Shown here in pieces: positions 30,350-43,565 of a stretch of DNA of 64,000 bases; the first letter of the stretch is position 1; each line of letters opens with the position of its first letter. The position numbers were made by a program, and so were the translations under genes. This stretch comes from Prorocentrum cordatum. Lineage: Eukaryota. Below the pieces are notes generated by a model, which was not told the DNA's origin, ran no database searches, and saw only the letters and a program-made list of their open reading frames with translations. The stretch is from the NCBI GenBank assembly GCA_963575745.1, contig CAUYUJ010000305.1, positions 1-64,000 of the forward strand, written 5' to 3'.

Positions 30350-31387
30350 CTGATTATGTCAGGGCCGACTGTGCCCATGTCGTTCGTGCCGAGACGTGGC
30401 GAAGCACCTCCGCCTCGGCCTCCTCTGTGCCTTGGAGATCTCCGCCCTGCCCGGCCCTCGCCCTGCGCTCGGCCAGGAGGGGGAGGGCGCTCGGCCAGGA
30501 GGGGGAGGGCCCGCGCGAGACGGTCAAGCCCTCCCCCCCCGTCTCCCATGTGCGGGCAGTACTTATATCCATATCCAGAGCGTCGTGGACTTTGTGGGAA
30601 GAGGTGCCGCAACGCCGAGGCGCACTGGATAATTATGGGTAAGATCAAACCTCTTGGGACCAGATTTTTATCCATATCCAGTGCGTCTACGGTCTCTGAG
30701 GAAGAGAAGCCCAAGAATCCAAGACGCACTGGATGTGGACATAACTATTGCCCGCACCATGCCTTCCGACCTCCGCGGGGGGTGCGGCGGAGTGGATCGA
30801 CATGCATGGAGGACTCCACGTGGACCACTATCGAAAAAGGGCCGGAAGGTTGGGGCGGAACGCCTGGAAGGATGCGAGGCAGGGAGAATATCAATGAGGG
30901 GTGGGAGGCGAGCGCAGCGGCTGAAGCGAGGGTAGCTCCTGCACCGACTGGGGCTCGCGCCCCCCGCGCCCTGCGAGCCCAGACCCCCGACGTCGTGATA
31001 TGTTCATAACGTCGACCCTGGAGTTCTCGACCTATTCCCCCTGGACCGTTTTTTCATCCTGAGTCCTTTTTTGGCGGTCCCGAGGCTCGGTAAGGGCCCC
31101 CAGAGGCCGAAACTAAAATCGGACTTCATTGGACAGGACTCGCGAGAGGACAAAAGACCCTTCCGGGGGCCGCATTGCCAGGAATGCAGGAGGCACGGGT
31201 CGCGAGGCACAGGACACAGAGGTGCCCTGGATCTGGCAGGGCCGACCTACTCATCCGGGCCGACGGTATGGGAGAACCTCCCGTCACGATTTTTTCACTA
31301 CCCGAGGGGGTCTGGGCCCCGCGCCCCGCGAGGGTGGCCGCTGCGCCGCCGAGGGACCCCCCCGCCCCTCCGGGACGGCGCCGCCGC

Positions 31388-31498
31388 CTGGGCGCCCGCG
31401 GGCGGGGCCAGCGGCGTCCCGTGCCCCTTGGGTGCGTCGGCTGCTCCCGCCGGGAGGCCGGCGCGAAGGGCGTCGAGCTGCTGGATGAGGCCGCTGAT
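31388..31498 (-). CDS. Candidate exon (ISGLIQQLDALRAGLPAGAADAPKGHGTPLAPPAGAQ)
   Basis: 111 nt, GAG|ATC acceptor after a pyrimidine-rich (CTC)n tract, CAG|GC donor. Joins the 41090 exon in frame to give the coiled-coil-like AEAHQRE-ISGLIQQLDALR. Confidence 0.5.
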
Positions 31499-33509
31499 CT
31501 CGGGGCAGCGGCGGCGGAGGAGGAGGAGGAGGCGCAAGAGGAGGAGGAGGAGGAGGAGGAGGCGGAGGAGGAGGAGGCGGAGGAGGAGGAAGAGGCGCAA
31601 GAGTCCTCCTAGGTGGGGTCCGTGCAGATGGGGTCGGAGCATCGCCGCATCACCGCTACACCGCGGCGACGGCGACGCATCGGCGACGTCGTCGCGGAAA
31701 AAATCGGGCTCCGCTTCGACCCGTCTACTCGGACCCCATCCGGGAAGCCTGGAGCGGCGGCCACGGCGGCGGCCACGGCGGCGACGCTGGCAACGATAGG
31801 GCGACGAGATCCGTATCAGAACGAGGGGCCAGAATGGTCATTGACCTTGGGTGCGTGAATGGGGTTCCGCGATGCGGATTGTTGTCGCGTTGTTGCCGTC
31901 GTCTCGCTCGCAACGCGGCCCGCGACTCACCTCGCGACCCGCCCGCGACGCACCCGCAACCCACCCCGCGCACGACCCCTCACTCTTAACCGCAACTGCG
32001 GGGTGCTACATACACATATCCGCCACCGTGCCCCCTGGCACGTTGAGGCGTGGTGAAATGCCGAGAGCTGTCTGGCAAGGCTTCTTTCATCTTCTAAGGG
32101 ACCCCCCCCTGGGCCGCACCTCGCTGCGCGCACGGGCTATAGTCCGGGGGGGGTCCCTACGTGGCTATGGCGCATCCCTTGAGCTCTCCAAGGCTTCCAT
32201 GACGGCCCAGGAGGCCTCCAAGACGGTATATGAGGGCCCCGAGGCTCCGAGCGATCGCTCGAAGACGCCCAAAATGGCCTCAAGATGGCGCCAAAGGCTT
32301 CCAAGGCACCCGGAGAAGCCTCCAGGAGGCTACCAAGAGGGCCCCCAGATACAAAAATCTCTGATGTTCCTGAAGTTGTTGAAGGACTTGAGCGGTCTTG
32401 CCTTTTGGGCTTTCCGACGCTTTAGGACGGCCCAAGAGGCCACCAAAACCATTTCAAAACGGCCCAAGAGGCCTCCAAGAGAGCCCCAAGGCTGCCGAAA
32501 TGCGCCCCAAGACAGCCTAAGAGGCGCCCAAGACGGCGCCCCAACAGGGCTCCAAAACGGCCCCAAAAGGAGCCCCCAGGGAGCCCCCAGGGAGCCCCGA
32601 AGGGGCCACCAAGAGGCCCCCCAAAAGGCCCCCAGATGCCCCAGGGCCCCCAAGAGGCCCCCAAACGGCCCCCAAGAGGCATCAAAGCTGCCGCCAAAAA
32701 ACTCCCGAAAGGCCTCCAACGAGATCCCAACGAACATCCACTAGGCTTGCCGGAAGTAGCTGGATACCTGGTTACACACGTTCCGAAAACAGGGTTGCAC
32801 TTGGGGGTTCTGCTTCTCCTCTAACGAACTGGGCCGGTTGGTTGGTAGCTATGTTCCCGCCGTCGCCGCCCCGTCGCCACCCAGTCGCCGCCTCGTCGCC
32901 GCTGGTCGTTTGGGGCGGTTGGTCGATCTGGCGGTTATGTTCCTGCCGTCGCCGCTCCGTCGCAGCGTCGTTGCTGCCCGTCGTATGGGCCGTGTGGTCG
33001 GTCTGGCGGCTATGTTCCCGCCGTCGCCGCCCCGTCGCCGCCTCGTCGACGCCCGTCGTCTGGGCCGTGAGGTCGGTCTGGCGGCTATGTCCCGTCGTCG
33101 CCGCCCCGTCGCCACGTCGTCACCGCCCGTCGCCTGGGCCATGTTGCACATTGGAACCCAATCGGTTGCAATACAACCTCTTGCAACGCGATCGATTGCA
33201 ATCCTATCGAATGCACTCTGCTGCAATGCGTTGGTGCACCACATAGATTGCACCATATAGCTTACACGACAGCAATCCAATCGGTAGCAATCCAATCGAT
33301 TGCAGCTCGATCGGTTTCAATCGACTGCGTCGCATAGCTTCAACACATGGCGTACACCATATCTGATTACGGTGTCTCCTACCACATCGATTTGCCCACA
33401 TAGCTTACACCACGCAGCTCGCGTCACATGCGTCAGAACATTAATTTTTACCACACCCATGCATCATGTAGTTCGAACCGGATGGCTCACACCATAACAG
33501 TTGCACCAC

Positions 33510-34130
33510 TGACAATGCATCACTGCGGCAGCTCAGAGACCTCCAGGGCCCAGGAAGTCGAAGGCTTCCCATCAACGCTCAGAAACCCATCGCCGAAAAT
33601 GTTCAGATGCTTTTGGTCCGCTGAACCGCCGCCCTCGTCCGTGGCCGCTTTGGCCTGGCCTGGTTTGGTTCGAGGCGCGCACATGCAAAAGCGGATGCGT
33701 TGTTTTGTTCGCTTGTCCTCGCCCGATGCCACCCTGGAGCGCGACGCGCGATACCGCGGCTGCCTCAGAGGAGGGCGCACAGCCGAGCACGCCCGTGCAC
33801 GTCGCATTCGCCAACATCGACTGGAAGAACAACTGGCACGGCTCGGAAATCCGAATTTGCCTTAGTTCTCGACGCAGAACTGATGCATCCGTCGCGAGCG
33901 CGTTGGCGCCAGCAACCTGTGCTTCTGCGAATTGGGCGTGATCAGTGAGCAAAGGAGAGGACAAAGGGTTTGTGCCCCCCGGAGGCCGCCGCAAATGGCA
34001 CGCAGCAGGCGGAACAAACCATGTAGGCAGATGGGGCAGCGGCGCCGCCTTGAGCGAAAAATACCAGCGAACGAACAACGCCTTACACACATGCCCTCTT
34101 CGGAACACTCCCTCAAAGCGGCTGGGTGCC
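33510..34130 (+). pseudogene. Highly decayed possible RTE-like RT C-terminal remnant
   Basis: Frame-shifted fragments GSSETSRAQE..LRNPSPKMFR, RLEEQLARLG and RRKW..GRW loosely follow the order of RTE C-terminal motifs. Weak, by-eye similarity only. Confidence 0.3.
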
Positions 34131-34190
34131 CACGGGGACTCCACTGACTTACAATTTGGCCAGCAATCCTGGAAAACGTTTCTTTATCTT

Positions 34191-35605
34191 CGGCGATGAC
34201 GGGCGTCATGGGGGGGGGGGGGAGGGCGGGCGGGGGTATGACGTGACGCCCCCCCCTCCCCGCCGTGTGGCTTCGGCACCACAGCCGCGCCCGCGCGCAC
34301 GACGCGACGAGCGACGAGCGACGAGCGACGACGACGACGCGAGCAGCATGTAAGTGGCGATCTGCCCATTGCGCCTGTGTACACCACAGCGTTCGCGTGC
34401 ACCGCGCCGCGCGTGTGCACCTCAACGCCTGCGTACACCGCAACAGCCGTGTGCAACGCACCGCCCGTGTATACCACAATACTTGGGAGCACTACATCGC
34501 CGGTGTACATACACCGCAGCAGCCATGTGCAACACAGCGCGCGTGTACACCACAGTGCTTGCGTGCACCGCAACGACCGTGCACGCCACAGCGCCTGTCT
34601 GCACCACAGCATCCGCGTGCAACACAGCGCTGGTGTACAAAATGCCTGCGTGCATAGGACAAGTAGAAGGAGCATCTAGCATGTACGTCAGGATCTGATG
34701 CGGACAACTAAACGCCACGACAGGAAAGTTCTGATAATCGAATGCGAAGTTTTTTTCCCTTGTCCCTCCTCCTCCACCTCCTCCTCCTCCTCCTCGTTTT
34801 CCTCCTCCTCCTCGTCCTCGTTTTCCTCCTTCTTACCCCCTGTCGTGCGGCTTGGCGTTACAACGCACGTGCGCATCTCAGCGTGCACCGCAGAATGGTC
34901 GATTGAATCGGTCCACTCGGTTCTCGGACGGCCAGCTTAGCTGGAGCCTCCTGGGCGCAAATGGGACTTAGGGTGGTGCGGGCAGACTCGGGGGGACTCG
35001 TAGATTCCAGCGGCGCTCCTTTGTCCATGAGGATTTGTTTTCCATTGTTTTCTCTGGAATCCACACGCGTTCCATTTTGTCACAAGGATTACTTCTGACA
35101 TTCTATACACAATAATGGTGCTGTGTTGCACACGGCTGATGTGGTGCACACAGGCGCCGTGGCGTACACAGGCACTGCAATGCACGCAGGCATTGTGGTG
35201 TACACTGGTGCTGTGTCGCGCACGGCTGATGTGGTGTACGGGGGCGCTGTGGTGTACACAGGAGTTGCTGTGCCCGCAGGCACGGTGGCACAAACTGACA
35301 CTGTGTTGCACGCGGCTGCTGTGGTGTATCAGCGGTGTGGTGTACACAGGCGCTGTGGTGCACGCGGGCACTGTGATATACACAGGCGTTGTGGTGCATA
35401 TCGCCCCGTCCATGTTCGTGCTACCCGTCCTCCGTCATTCCTGACCATTCCCAAACGCCGCCGGCGCGAAACGTGACGTCATCGACCTCGTCCCCCCCCA
35501 GATGATTGCCGTCATCGGCGCGGACTTAAAAATAGGCTCCAGCCGCGTCCGCGCGCACGAAGACGATGAGCGACGAGCGACGAACCACGAGAGACGACGA
35601 CGAAG

Positions 35606-35637
<32 letters not shown>

Positions 35638-35778
35638 CTGCGGACCAGACACCTATGCGGATTCCTACGCGGACACCTACGCGGATCCCAATGCGCACGG
35701 CGGCAGTGCCCGGAGCGCACTGGGGGGGGAACGTTACGTCATAGGGGGGGGGAGCGGGGGCCATGACGCCCGTCATGC
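34191..35778. mobile_element. Foldback-like composite with inverted 18-bp minisatellite arms
   Basis: ATGACGGGCGTCATGG at ~34196 is inverted at ~35761-35776 (weaker partner at ~35500-35520). GCGCCTGTGTACACCACA units at 34370-34650 are mirrored by reverse-complement units at 35115-35397. Confidence 0.6.
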
Positions 35779-38700
35779 CCCAAACAATAAAGAAATGGCT
35801 CCCTGCGAGCCTCACGTTTCTCGACGCGAGCAGTGAAGCAATGCCCGGAAGAAGGCCTAAACATGACACCCTCGGAGGCTTTCCAAAATACCCGCTGTTG
35901 AGAAAAACAGAAGAAGCATAAACCGTCGGGGGTCCGAGCGGAATTCTTGGATCCACGCTGGGCCCCTCTCCGTGGCGCGCGGAGCGCGCCAGGGGTGGCG
36001 CCCGAGGAATCCCCACCAGCAGTGTAGTTTGTTCGACCACCTTCTGCCCTTCGAAGAGGCCGTCCACCCCCAATCACATTTTTGTTCCCATCGCCTTCGG
36101 CCGCGCCGCGCGGTTTCTCGGCGAATGAAAACGGAATCACGAAAGCGAAGTCACGAGCCCCACCCTCGACATAGGCGAGCGGTCAGGGGAATACAAGCCC
36201 CTACGCTGCCAGTCGAAGCCCCGCGCGCGCGGGGAGCACGGGCCCGGCGCGCGCGAGACCAAATGCACCGCCCGCCCCCTACCCCGCCCCTTGGGTCTGG
36301 ACGGAGGGCGGGAACGTCCAATAAAAGACAGAGGGAAAAGCCAAGCGTACGTTTTAATATTCCTTCGGTTTGGGACCACTGCTTTGATCGATAACCTCAA
36401 AGGTGACCCGAAAATGGCCCGAAAAGCTTTCCAAAGAGCCGCACAAGGCCCCTTAGAAGCCCCCATGAGGCCCCCATGAGGCCCCCAACAAGAGGCCCCA
36501 AAAGGCCCCTGAGAAGCTTCAGGAGCACCAAAAACGCTCCAAGATGCACCCCGAGAGCTAACCTGATGCCCATCAAGAAGTTCACTATGCATCTGAAAGG
36601 CCATCCATCGACACCACAAGGGACCAACGAAGGATCGAAGGGACCTCTGGCCGACAAAAGCACCCTATACCTTCAAAGTGTGCCACGCTATTCGTTCAGG
36701 GGCGTCGTGTCCGGATGAGTTGGTGAGGAAACTTTTTTTGATCGCGACCGTAGCGGCAGATCGATCGGCGTGCAGTCGACGCGCAGCGAACGAGCAGCGG
36801 GCTAAATAATGCCCTGAGCGACATGAGCGGGCTACGCTGCCAAGCAGGAGGCGAAACCGAGGCTGAAGACCAGGTGGTACACGCCGAAGCCGACGAAGTC
36901 CAGGCTGAAGGCGATGCGCACCAAAATGGCGAAATGAAGTGGCACTGACCATGTCCAGGAAGAGGGCCAAAACAAATCGGGCGGCGTGCAAGCGCTCGAC
37001 GACCACATAAAAACAAATGGAAGGCACGGCGAACGCCGCGGCGGGGGTCGACAGCCAGACCAACGACCCACCGGGGGCGGCAGAGCGCAGCGCCACGAGC
37101 CACCACTCACGTGAGAAAGGAGCACGTCAGGCGTAGTGGGGACGCGGGGCCCGATGAGAAGGGAGGCGTCCACCAACCAATGCGCGTCCAGCTGGTGGGG
37201 GTACTTTTTGGTCAACAGGCTCGCGAGGCGGGTCGACAACCGTCCGAACACTAGTCGGGCCGGGACTAGGCAGCAGGAAAAGAAAGGCCGAGCAAGCAGC
37301 CACTCAGAAGGAGGACCAGAACCGATACTCCCAAACCTGGTGGATTTGGAAATCCCGGTGGCGACCAGCAAGTAGGCACAACCAAAATGGCGCGGCGGCA
37401 CGACCATAAACACGCAGAGGTCGATCGCTCGGTGTGAGTCAGGCAAACAGCACCGTCAGGGACGAACTAGACCGACAAGCACACCCAGACGACATCCGTG
37501 AACATCGTGTCGGCGCAAAAGTGAAGAGGGGCAACCTCATCACCGACAAGACTGCAAACGGCAGTAAAACCTGTAACATTTGTCGAAACGAAGTCCATGC
37601 AGGAGAACGTCGGCCAACGAGCGTACAGAGCCACACTTGCCGAACCCGAGGTCCAGGTACCGTAAAGGTAGGCAGTGTAGCGAGAGATCCACTGGAACCT
37701 TCCTGTCATCAGTAGGGGCCAACACCAGCCAGGAGCAGGCCAGGGGGCACCTGACCTCAGCGAGTGCGACGCAGCACCGTTCCCTGCGTGAGCCCTTGCA
37801 TGAATTCCAAACCACCTGAACTCCATCAGGAAGCAGTATTGGGCAACAAACCCCAGCCGCCAGGGAAGAACCCTTTGAAACAGGAGGGAAAGCACCCCGG
37901 TGCAACAGCTGGCCGCTGTGGCATAAGGATGCAGGAGGAGAGGACGGGAAACGCACGCCAGGCACGGTAGGCACCACGGAGAAGCAGCCAACCGCTGCAG
38001 CACTAGGATGCAGGAGGGGAGGGAGGGAAGTGCACGCCAGGCACACAGTGTGGGTGCAACAGCATACCGCTGTGGTAGAAGGATGCAGAAGGAGAGGAGG
38101 GGAAGTGCACGCCAGGCACGGTAGGCACCACGGTGTGGCAGCTAACCGCTGCAGCATTAGGATGCAGAGGGGGAGGGAAGGACGTGCACGCCAGGCACAC
38201 GGTGCGAGAGGAGGGGGGAGAAACATATACTCGAACAGTTGATGCTGACAGGGACAATCACGGTGGGCTGCCAGTCCACATGCCCTGTGTGATGCCAAAA
38301 CCGCATCTCAACGAAACTGTGCGGTGCCCCGCTCTCGGTGTTACTGTCGATACCGTTTCTCGGTCCATGGGCTCTTGGTTGCTCGGCTCCCCTTCCCAGC
38401 CGTGCCCAAAGAGTACTCCCACATTACTGCGCGCGGCCAAGTGTCGGCGCCCACGGAATCCCGACCATCTCGCGGGGGTGCCTGGCGCCCCCTGTTCGCG
38501 CTGACCCAGTCGATACCCAGGCCCAATGAGTCGCTCATACATCGCAGCTGTGGCTGTAAAGTGAGGTCAGGAAGGCGACGCAGGTTCGCTGGTCGTGCCG
38601 ACGCGGGTCGAAAGCGCGCGTGGTGCCAGGGGCAGTGTGTTGCACGGCAAAGGCGTGCCAGACGGCTGTGAAAGACGCACCCAGGGTGACCTGAAGGTGC

Positions 38701-39709
38701 CTGATCGTCTCGTTTGGTGACTCTCCGTCGGGTTCCCACTGGCAGTCGCGGGCCCGGGCTCTATAGAGCGGCCTTCCAGTGTGGGAGTCCCGTGGTCCTG
38801 GATGCTGGGCTGGTGGGGATACTTTTTTGATCAGCGGCCGCGGGCGAACGAGCCGGCGGCGAGTCAGGTCAAAGCGGGCTACGCACTGACGAATTAGGCA
38901 GAGGAAGCGCGAGAAAATTAAAGCAGAGGCAACGCGCGAGGCAACAGCTACGCGCCGGCCGAGGCCTCATGTGGGTGGCTGAAGGGACTGGGCCTGAGGG
39001 GAACTGCCAGCGTGCAAAGCCGCAAGTCCGTCTGATGCGCCATGAATCGGAAAGTCAACGAAGGCCAGGGACAGCTCCGAGAGAGAAAGCACGATACCGT
39101 ACCTCAGACAACTGCGTGGGCAAAACTGGTGAGGATACGCGAAGCGCTAAGAATTGATGTTAATGATGTGTTTTTCTTAGGGCTGCACCGCCCAGAAGAA
39201 GACCTCTGTGTAGTTGAGGCCTCCTTGATGGGGTCCGAACAGGTGGAGTCGGAGGATGACCCCATCGCCGATACGTCGGCGCCGTCGGCGTGGAGAAAGT
39301 CTGGCTCCACATCGAGCCGCAGCGCCAATGCCTCGGCGGCGCGGTCCCCCGACCCCAACTACTCCGACCCCGCCTGCGCGACAGACAGGACAGGGCCTTA
39401 CGCGATATGGCACAATGGCCTTGCGCCGCGGCTTGCGCGGCTCGCTAGCGCGGCACTCTGAATTCTAACCGAGGGCGCTTACGCGCGTCTTTGCGGGCCG
39501 CTTGCGGGCCAATGTCGGTGAAGACGGCCCCGCTTTCTTCCGTCGCTCCTCTGGGAGGCCTCGATCGTGACAATTTCTGGCGGATTTCCAGAAAGCACCC
39601 GTCGGCGAGCACATGCCCATGGCGGCGCCGCGCTGGAGTCCGCTGGGGGGTCTGATCTGGTTTGGGACTCCAAGAGAATCGGACACGCGGGGGGACGAGG
39701 CCAAGTTTA

Positions 39710-39909
39710 CGTTGGGCGTGTCCTCCTTGAGGCGGATTTTGGACGGAACAAATCAAAAATAGCCAAACCATGCTCGGATTTTGGACGGAACAAATCAAAA
39801 ATAGCCAAACCATGCTCAAACGAAATCAAACATAATAGAAACATCGTCCCCTGACTATTTGTTGGCTATTATTTTCAAAGAATCATCCTGTATGAGGACG
39901 TGTCCGACT
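39710..39909. mobile_element. MITE family A, short copy
   Basis: Same TIR pair, TA-flanked, with an internal ~44-bp tandem duplication. Confidence 0.75.
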
Positions 39910-40469
39910 TAAAGCCAAATCCGCTCGAAATCGGTCCACGGACCCCTCCTGGTGTCCACCGGGTGCCGTCTGTCACCCTGGGTCCGGTTCTGACTGTCCC
40001 CACGCCGCAAAACGGCCCCCAGTGATGGGCCCATTTCCGACTACCACTACCATAGGTAGGAGAGGGAGGAGGAGGAAGAGGAGGGGGAGGAGCAGGAGGA
40101 GGATGATGAGGACCTCCTTATCCTCCCTTCTTCCCCGTCTCACACATGGTAGTGGTGGTGGAAAGCTTGCCCATCACCCAGAGGCAAAAAGAGTCGAAAG
40201 CTCTGCCCGAGTTCAGCACCTCGAACCTGCCCGCCCCTCCTGCTGGCCAGAACCACTGCGTGGCCGCCTCCGACCCCCAGGGCGGCTCTCAGCGCCGCAG
40301 ACCTCGTCGGTCTTGCCACCGCTCGGATGCCCCTCCCCGTGCATTTGTCGCTATGCCGCGTGTCCTTTTTTGGGGTCTCGGGGATACAGGATGCTCCTCG
40401 ATGGTCCTCGCCGCGAAACAACTGCACACGCCCGATCGATGCCAAGCGGTGGGGCGGCGCGCGCGGGAG

Positions 40470-41303
40470 GGGGAGAAGGAGGAGGAGGAGGAGAGGGAGG
40501 AGGAGGAGGAGGAGGAGGAGGAGGAGGAGGAGGAGGAGGAGGAGGAGGAGGAGGAGGAGGAGGAGAGGAGGAGGAGGAGGAGGAGGAGGAGGAGGAGGAG
40601 GGAGGAGGAGGAGGAGGAGGGGGAGGAGGAGAAGGAGGAGGAGGAGAAGGCGGAGGAGGAGGAGGAGGAGGTAAAGGAGGAGGAGGAGGAGCCGGAGGAG
40701 AAGAAGGGGAGGAGGAGGAGAAGGAGGAGGAGGAGGAGGAGGAGGAGGAGGAGGAGGAGGAGGAGGATGGGAGGAGGAGGAGGAGGAGCAAGAGGAGCAA
40801 GAGGAGGGGAGAAGGAGAAGAAGGAGGAGAAGGAGAAGAAGGAGGAGGAGAAGGAGGAGGATTGGGAGGAGGAGAAGGAGGAGGAGGAGGAAGAGGAGGA
40901 GGATGAGGAGGAGGGGGGGGAGGGGGAGGGAGGATAGGAGGAGGAGAAGAGGAGGAGGAGGAGGAGGAGGAGGAGGAGGAGCAAGCGGAGGAGGAGGAGG
41001 AGGAGGAGGAGGAGGATGAGGGAGGAGGAGGAGGAGGAGGAGGAGGAGGAGGAGGGGGGGAGGAGGAGGAGGAGGAGGCGGGCGTAGGCCTCGCGCTGGT
41101 GGGCCTCGGCGATCCTCGCGACCGCGCTCTCCACCGCGCCGCGGAAGTCCTCCTCTGGGCCCCCCCGGCCCTGGCGCGGCCGCCTCCTCCTCTGGCTCGT
41201 GTTTCGCCTGCTCCCCCTCTTCCTCTTCCCCCCTCCAGGAGGGAGGGAGGAAGAGGGGGAGCAGATGAGGAGGGCAAGGTTCAGGAGGGGGAAAAAGCAT
41301 GGC

Positions 41304-41383
<80 letters not shown>

Positions 41384-41570
41384 GGATGAGGATGATGATG
41401 ATGATGCTGATGCTGATGCTGATGCTGATGATGATGCTGATGCTGATGCTGATGCTGCTGATGATGATGATATGATGATGATGATGATGATGCTGATGCT
41501 GATGCTGATGATGATGCTGATGATGATGATGATGAGGAGGAGGAGGAGGAGGAGGAGGAGGAGGAGGAAG
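40470..41570. repeat. (GAG)n and (GAT)n fields flanking a short unique island; other GAG/CTC/GAT tracts at ~6640-6910, 15700-16260, 18120-18345, 31515-31595, 43075-43200
   Basis: Directly visible. Confidence 0.95.
41090..41170 (-). CDS. Candidate internal exon of a minus-strand host gene (GRGGPEEDFRGAVESAVARIAEAHQRE)
   Basis: 81-nt unique GC3-rich island between microsatellites, with CAG|G acceptor and GAG|GC donor, phase 0. Confidence 0.55.
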
Positions 41571-42619
41571 AGAGAGAGGCAGCGGCAAGAGGTGGATGCG
41601 GAGGCGGAGGGATAGAGGGAGAAAGGAGAGAGCGTGAAAGACCCTTCCTCGGCCACATTCTCCACCTCCTCCTCCTCGTCGTTCCCCTCCTCCTCTCCTT
41701 TCCTCTCCTCCGCATCGTCTGTCTGCACCGAAGAGGGCGACGAAGCAGGGGGGGGAGGGGGGGCAGACCCATACCGCTACTTCCCGGGCCTCTCCAGGGG
41801 TGCATTCTGATTTGACTTGCTGGGGGAATCGAGCCATAGTGGCGAGGGGTCTCCAGGCTCCGAGCAGCGGTGTCCGTATCCGGCACATCCCTTCCAACGG
41901 CCGAGCGCGCCCAACAGGGGCTGCCGCGGACTGTGCACCGTGCTGATTCCACCTCCGCCGCGCCGGCCTGTGCGGGCAGCTCCAGCGCTCGTCTGCCATG
42001 ATCCTCAGCAGTGCCCTTCGGGACACAGGATGTGGAGTGGGACTGGCTTGAATTCGCAACTGACCACGCTGTGGTCACGAGCTCGGCAGAGCTTCCCGCC
42101 CGACAGCGCCCTCCTCACAAGCAACCGTGGCCTTCGCGGGGATTGTGGCCAGGGGAATGCCCTTCAGGATGTGGAGGGGCGGGGGAGGAGGAGAGGGGGG
42201 GGGGGCAAGCTAGGTGCGCCTGCGTTATATCAGACGTCCTATCCCTTCCTCCCATCCCTTACCATGTTAGATCTCCTCTCTCTTCGCACAGTCGGATTTC
42301 CAGGAGGGCAATGATCGCGAGAGGGTACGCGATGCATGGCAGAGCACGGCATGGCATGGCGTAGAAGAGCACGGCAGAGCGTAGCATGCCATAGCATGGC
42401 GTGGTATTGCACAGTGAAGCATTGAATCACAAAGCATTGCAACGCAAAACTTTGTGTTGTAACAAAGAGTACGCGGAAAGGGGGCCGAATATCTTCCGGA
42501 CGTCATCAGGGGAGAGAGGAGAGTAGTATTCGTATTGCGTAACTGTGGAGGGGAAGGCGGCAGGCAAGGCTGGCTGGGGCAGGGTCCAAGAAAAGAGGAG
42601 CAACACATTCCGCAAACGT

Positions 42620-42941
42620 GAACTCTTGGTGGCCAGCAGGCGCCCGGCTGGCCCCCGACGTCGCGGTCGGCCGCGGCGTCGGTGGACCGATGATGTGGAT
42701 GCGCTTCTGCAACACGAGCGCGGCACGCTCCTCATGAATGTCGTCCGCAGCCAACAGCACTTCCCTTGGAAGCGATTGGAGAATTCATTCCTCAGTCAAA
42801 TGCGCTGGCACGCCTGACGTATGATACACATTTAGTAGACGTTTGTATCGTCCCTTCTCGTGCATGCACTTTTCATTGCCGTAGTGTCACAGGCCCTCGT
42901 CTCCGTTTGCGGAGCGAATGGCCTTCCCGTGACACCGACTC

Positions 42942-43008
<67 letters not shown>
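42620..43008 (+). mobile_element. 5'-truncated 3' end of an RTE-like LINE with a (CA)n tail
   Basis: Plus-strand frame RPAGPRRRGRPRRRWTDDVDALL...WKRLENSF* resembles the RxxGRPxxRWxD...W C-terminus of RTE-clade ORFs. A short 3' UTR follows, then (AC)n at 42944-43008. The 5' boundary is approximate. Confidence 0.65.
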
Positions 43009-43011
<3 letters not shown>

Positions 43012-43565
43012 CGGCCATTCCCCACCTCCTCCTCGAAGCTCGAGGCTGCGGCACGCCTCCCTCTCCGCCTGCTCCTCATCCTCCTCCTCCTCCTCCTCCT
43101 CCTCCTCCTCCTCTTCCTCCTCCTTCTGCTCCTCCTCCTCCTCCTCCTCCTCCTCCTCCTCCTCCTCCTCCTCCTCCTCCTCCTCCTGCTCCTCCTCCCG
43201 GAGGGGAGGTGGAAAGGAGGGCGGAGACTGTGGGAGGCGGGGAGATGGAGAGCGCGGGGGGGGGGCGGGAGGACGGTGGCCGAGGCGGGGAGGATGGACG
43301 GAGAGCGGCGGCGGGAGGCGGCGGGGAGGAAGGGCGGGGGGGGGGCGGAGGCAGGGAGGAGGCGGGAGGGAGGAAGAATGGGGCCCGGGGAGAGACGGAG
43401 CCAGGGTGGGGACACATCGAGGATCTCCGAGATCCAGCGGCCCTGAAGGATGCCCTGCGGGCGTGCCGCGGCCTCCTCGGAGCGCTCCGGAACGCTCTGG
43501 GAGCGCCCTGGAACGGATCGTTCCTCATCCTGGCCCCGTCCGACGGGCCTGCCTCGGGGGGTGGG

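Noticed and set aside
32180..32730. ORFs over GGCCCCAAGA-rich tracts (also 36410-36540, 50825-51030, 56375-56580)
   Set aside because: Degenerate ~11-bp low-complexity repeat, open in several frames on both strands.
38811..38823. LTR primer-binding site (TGGTGGGGATAC, tRNA-Ala-like)
   Set aside because: No upstream TG...CA LTR and no gag/pol nearby; it is followed by a T-run instead.
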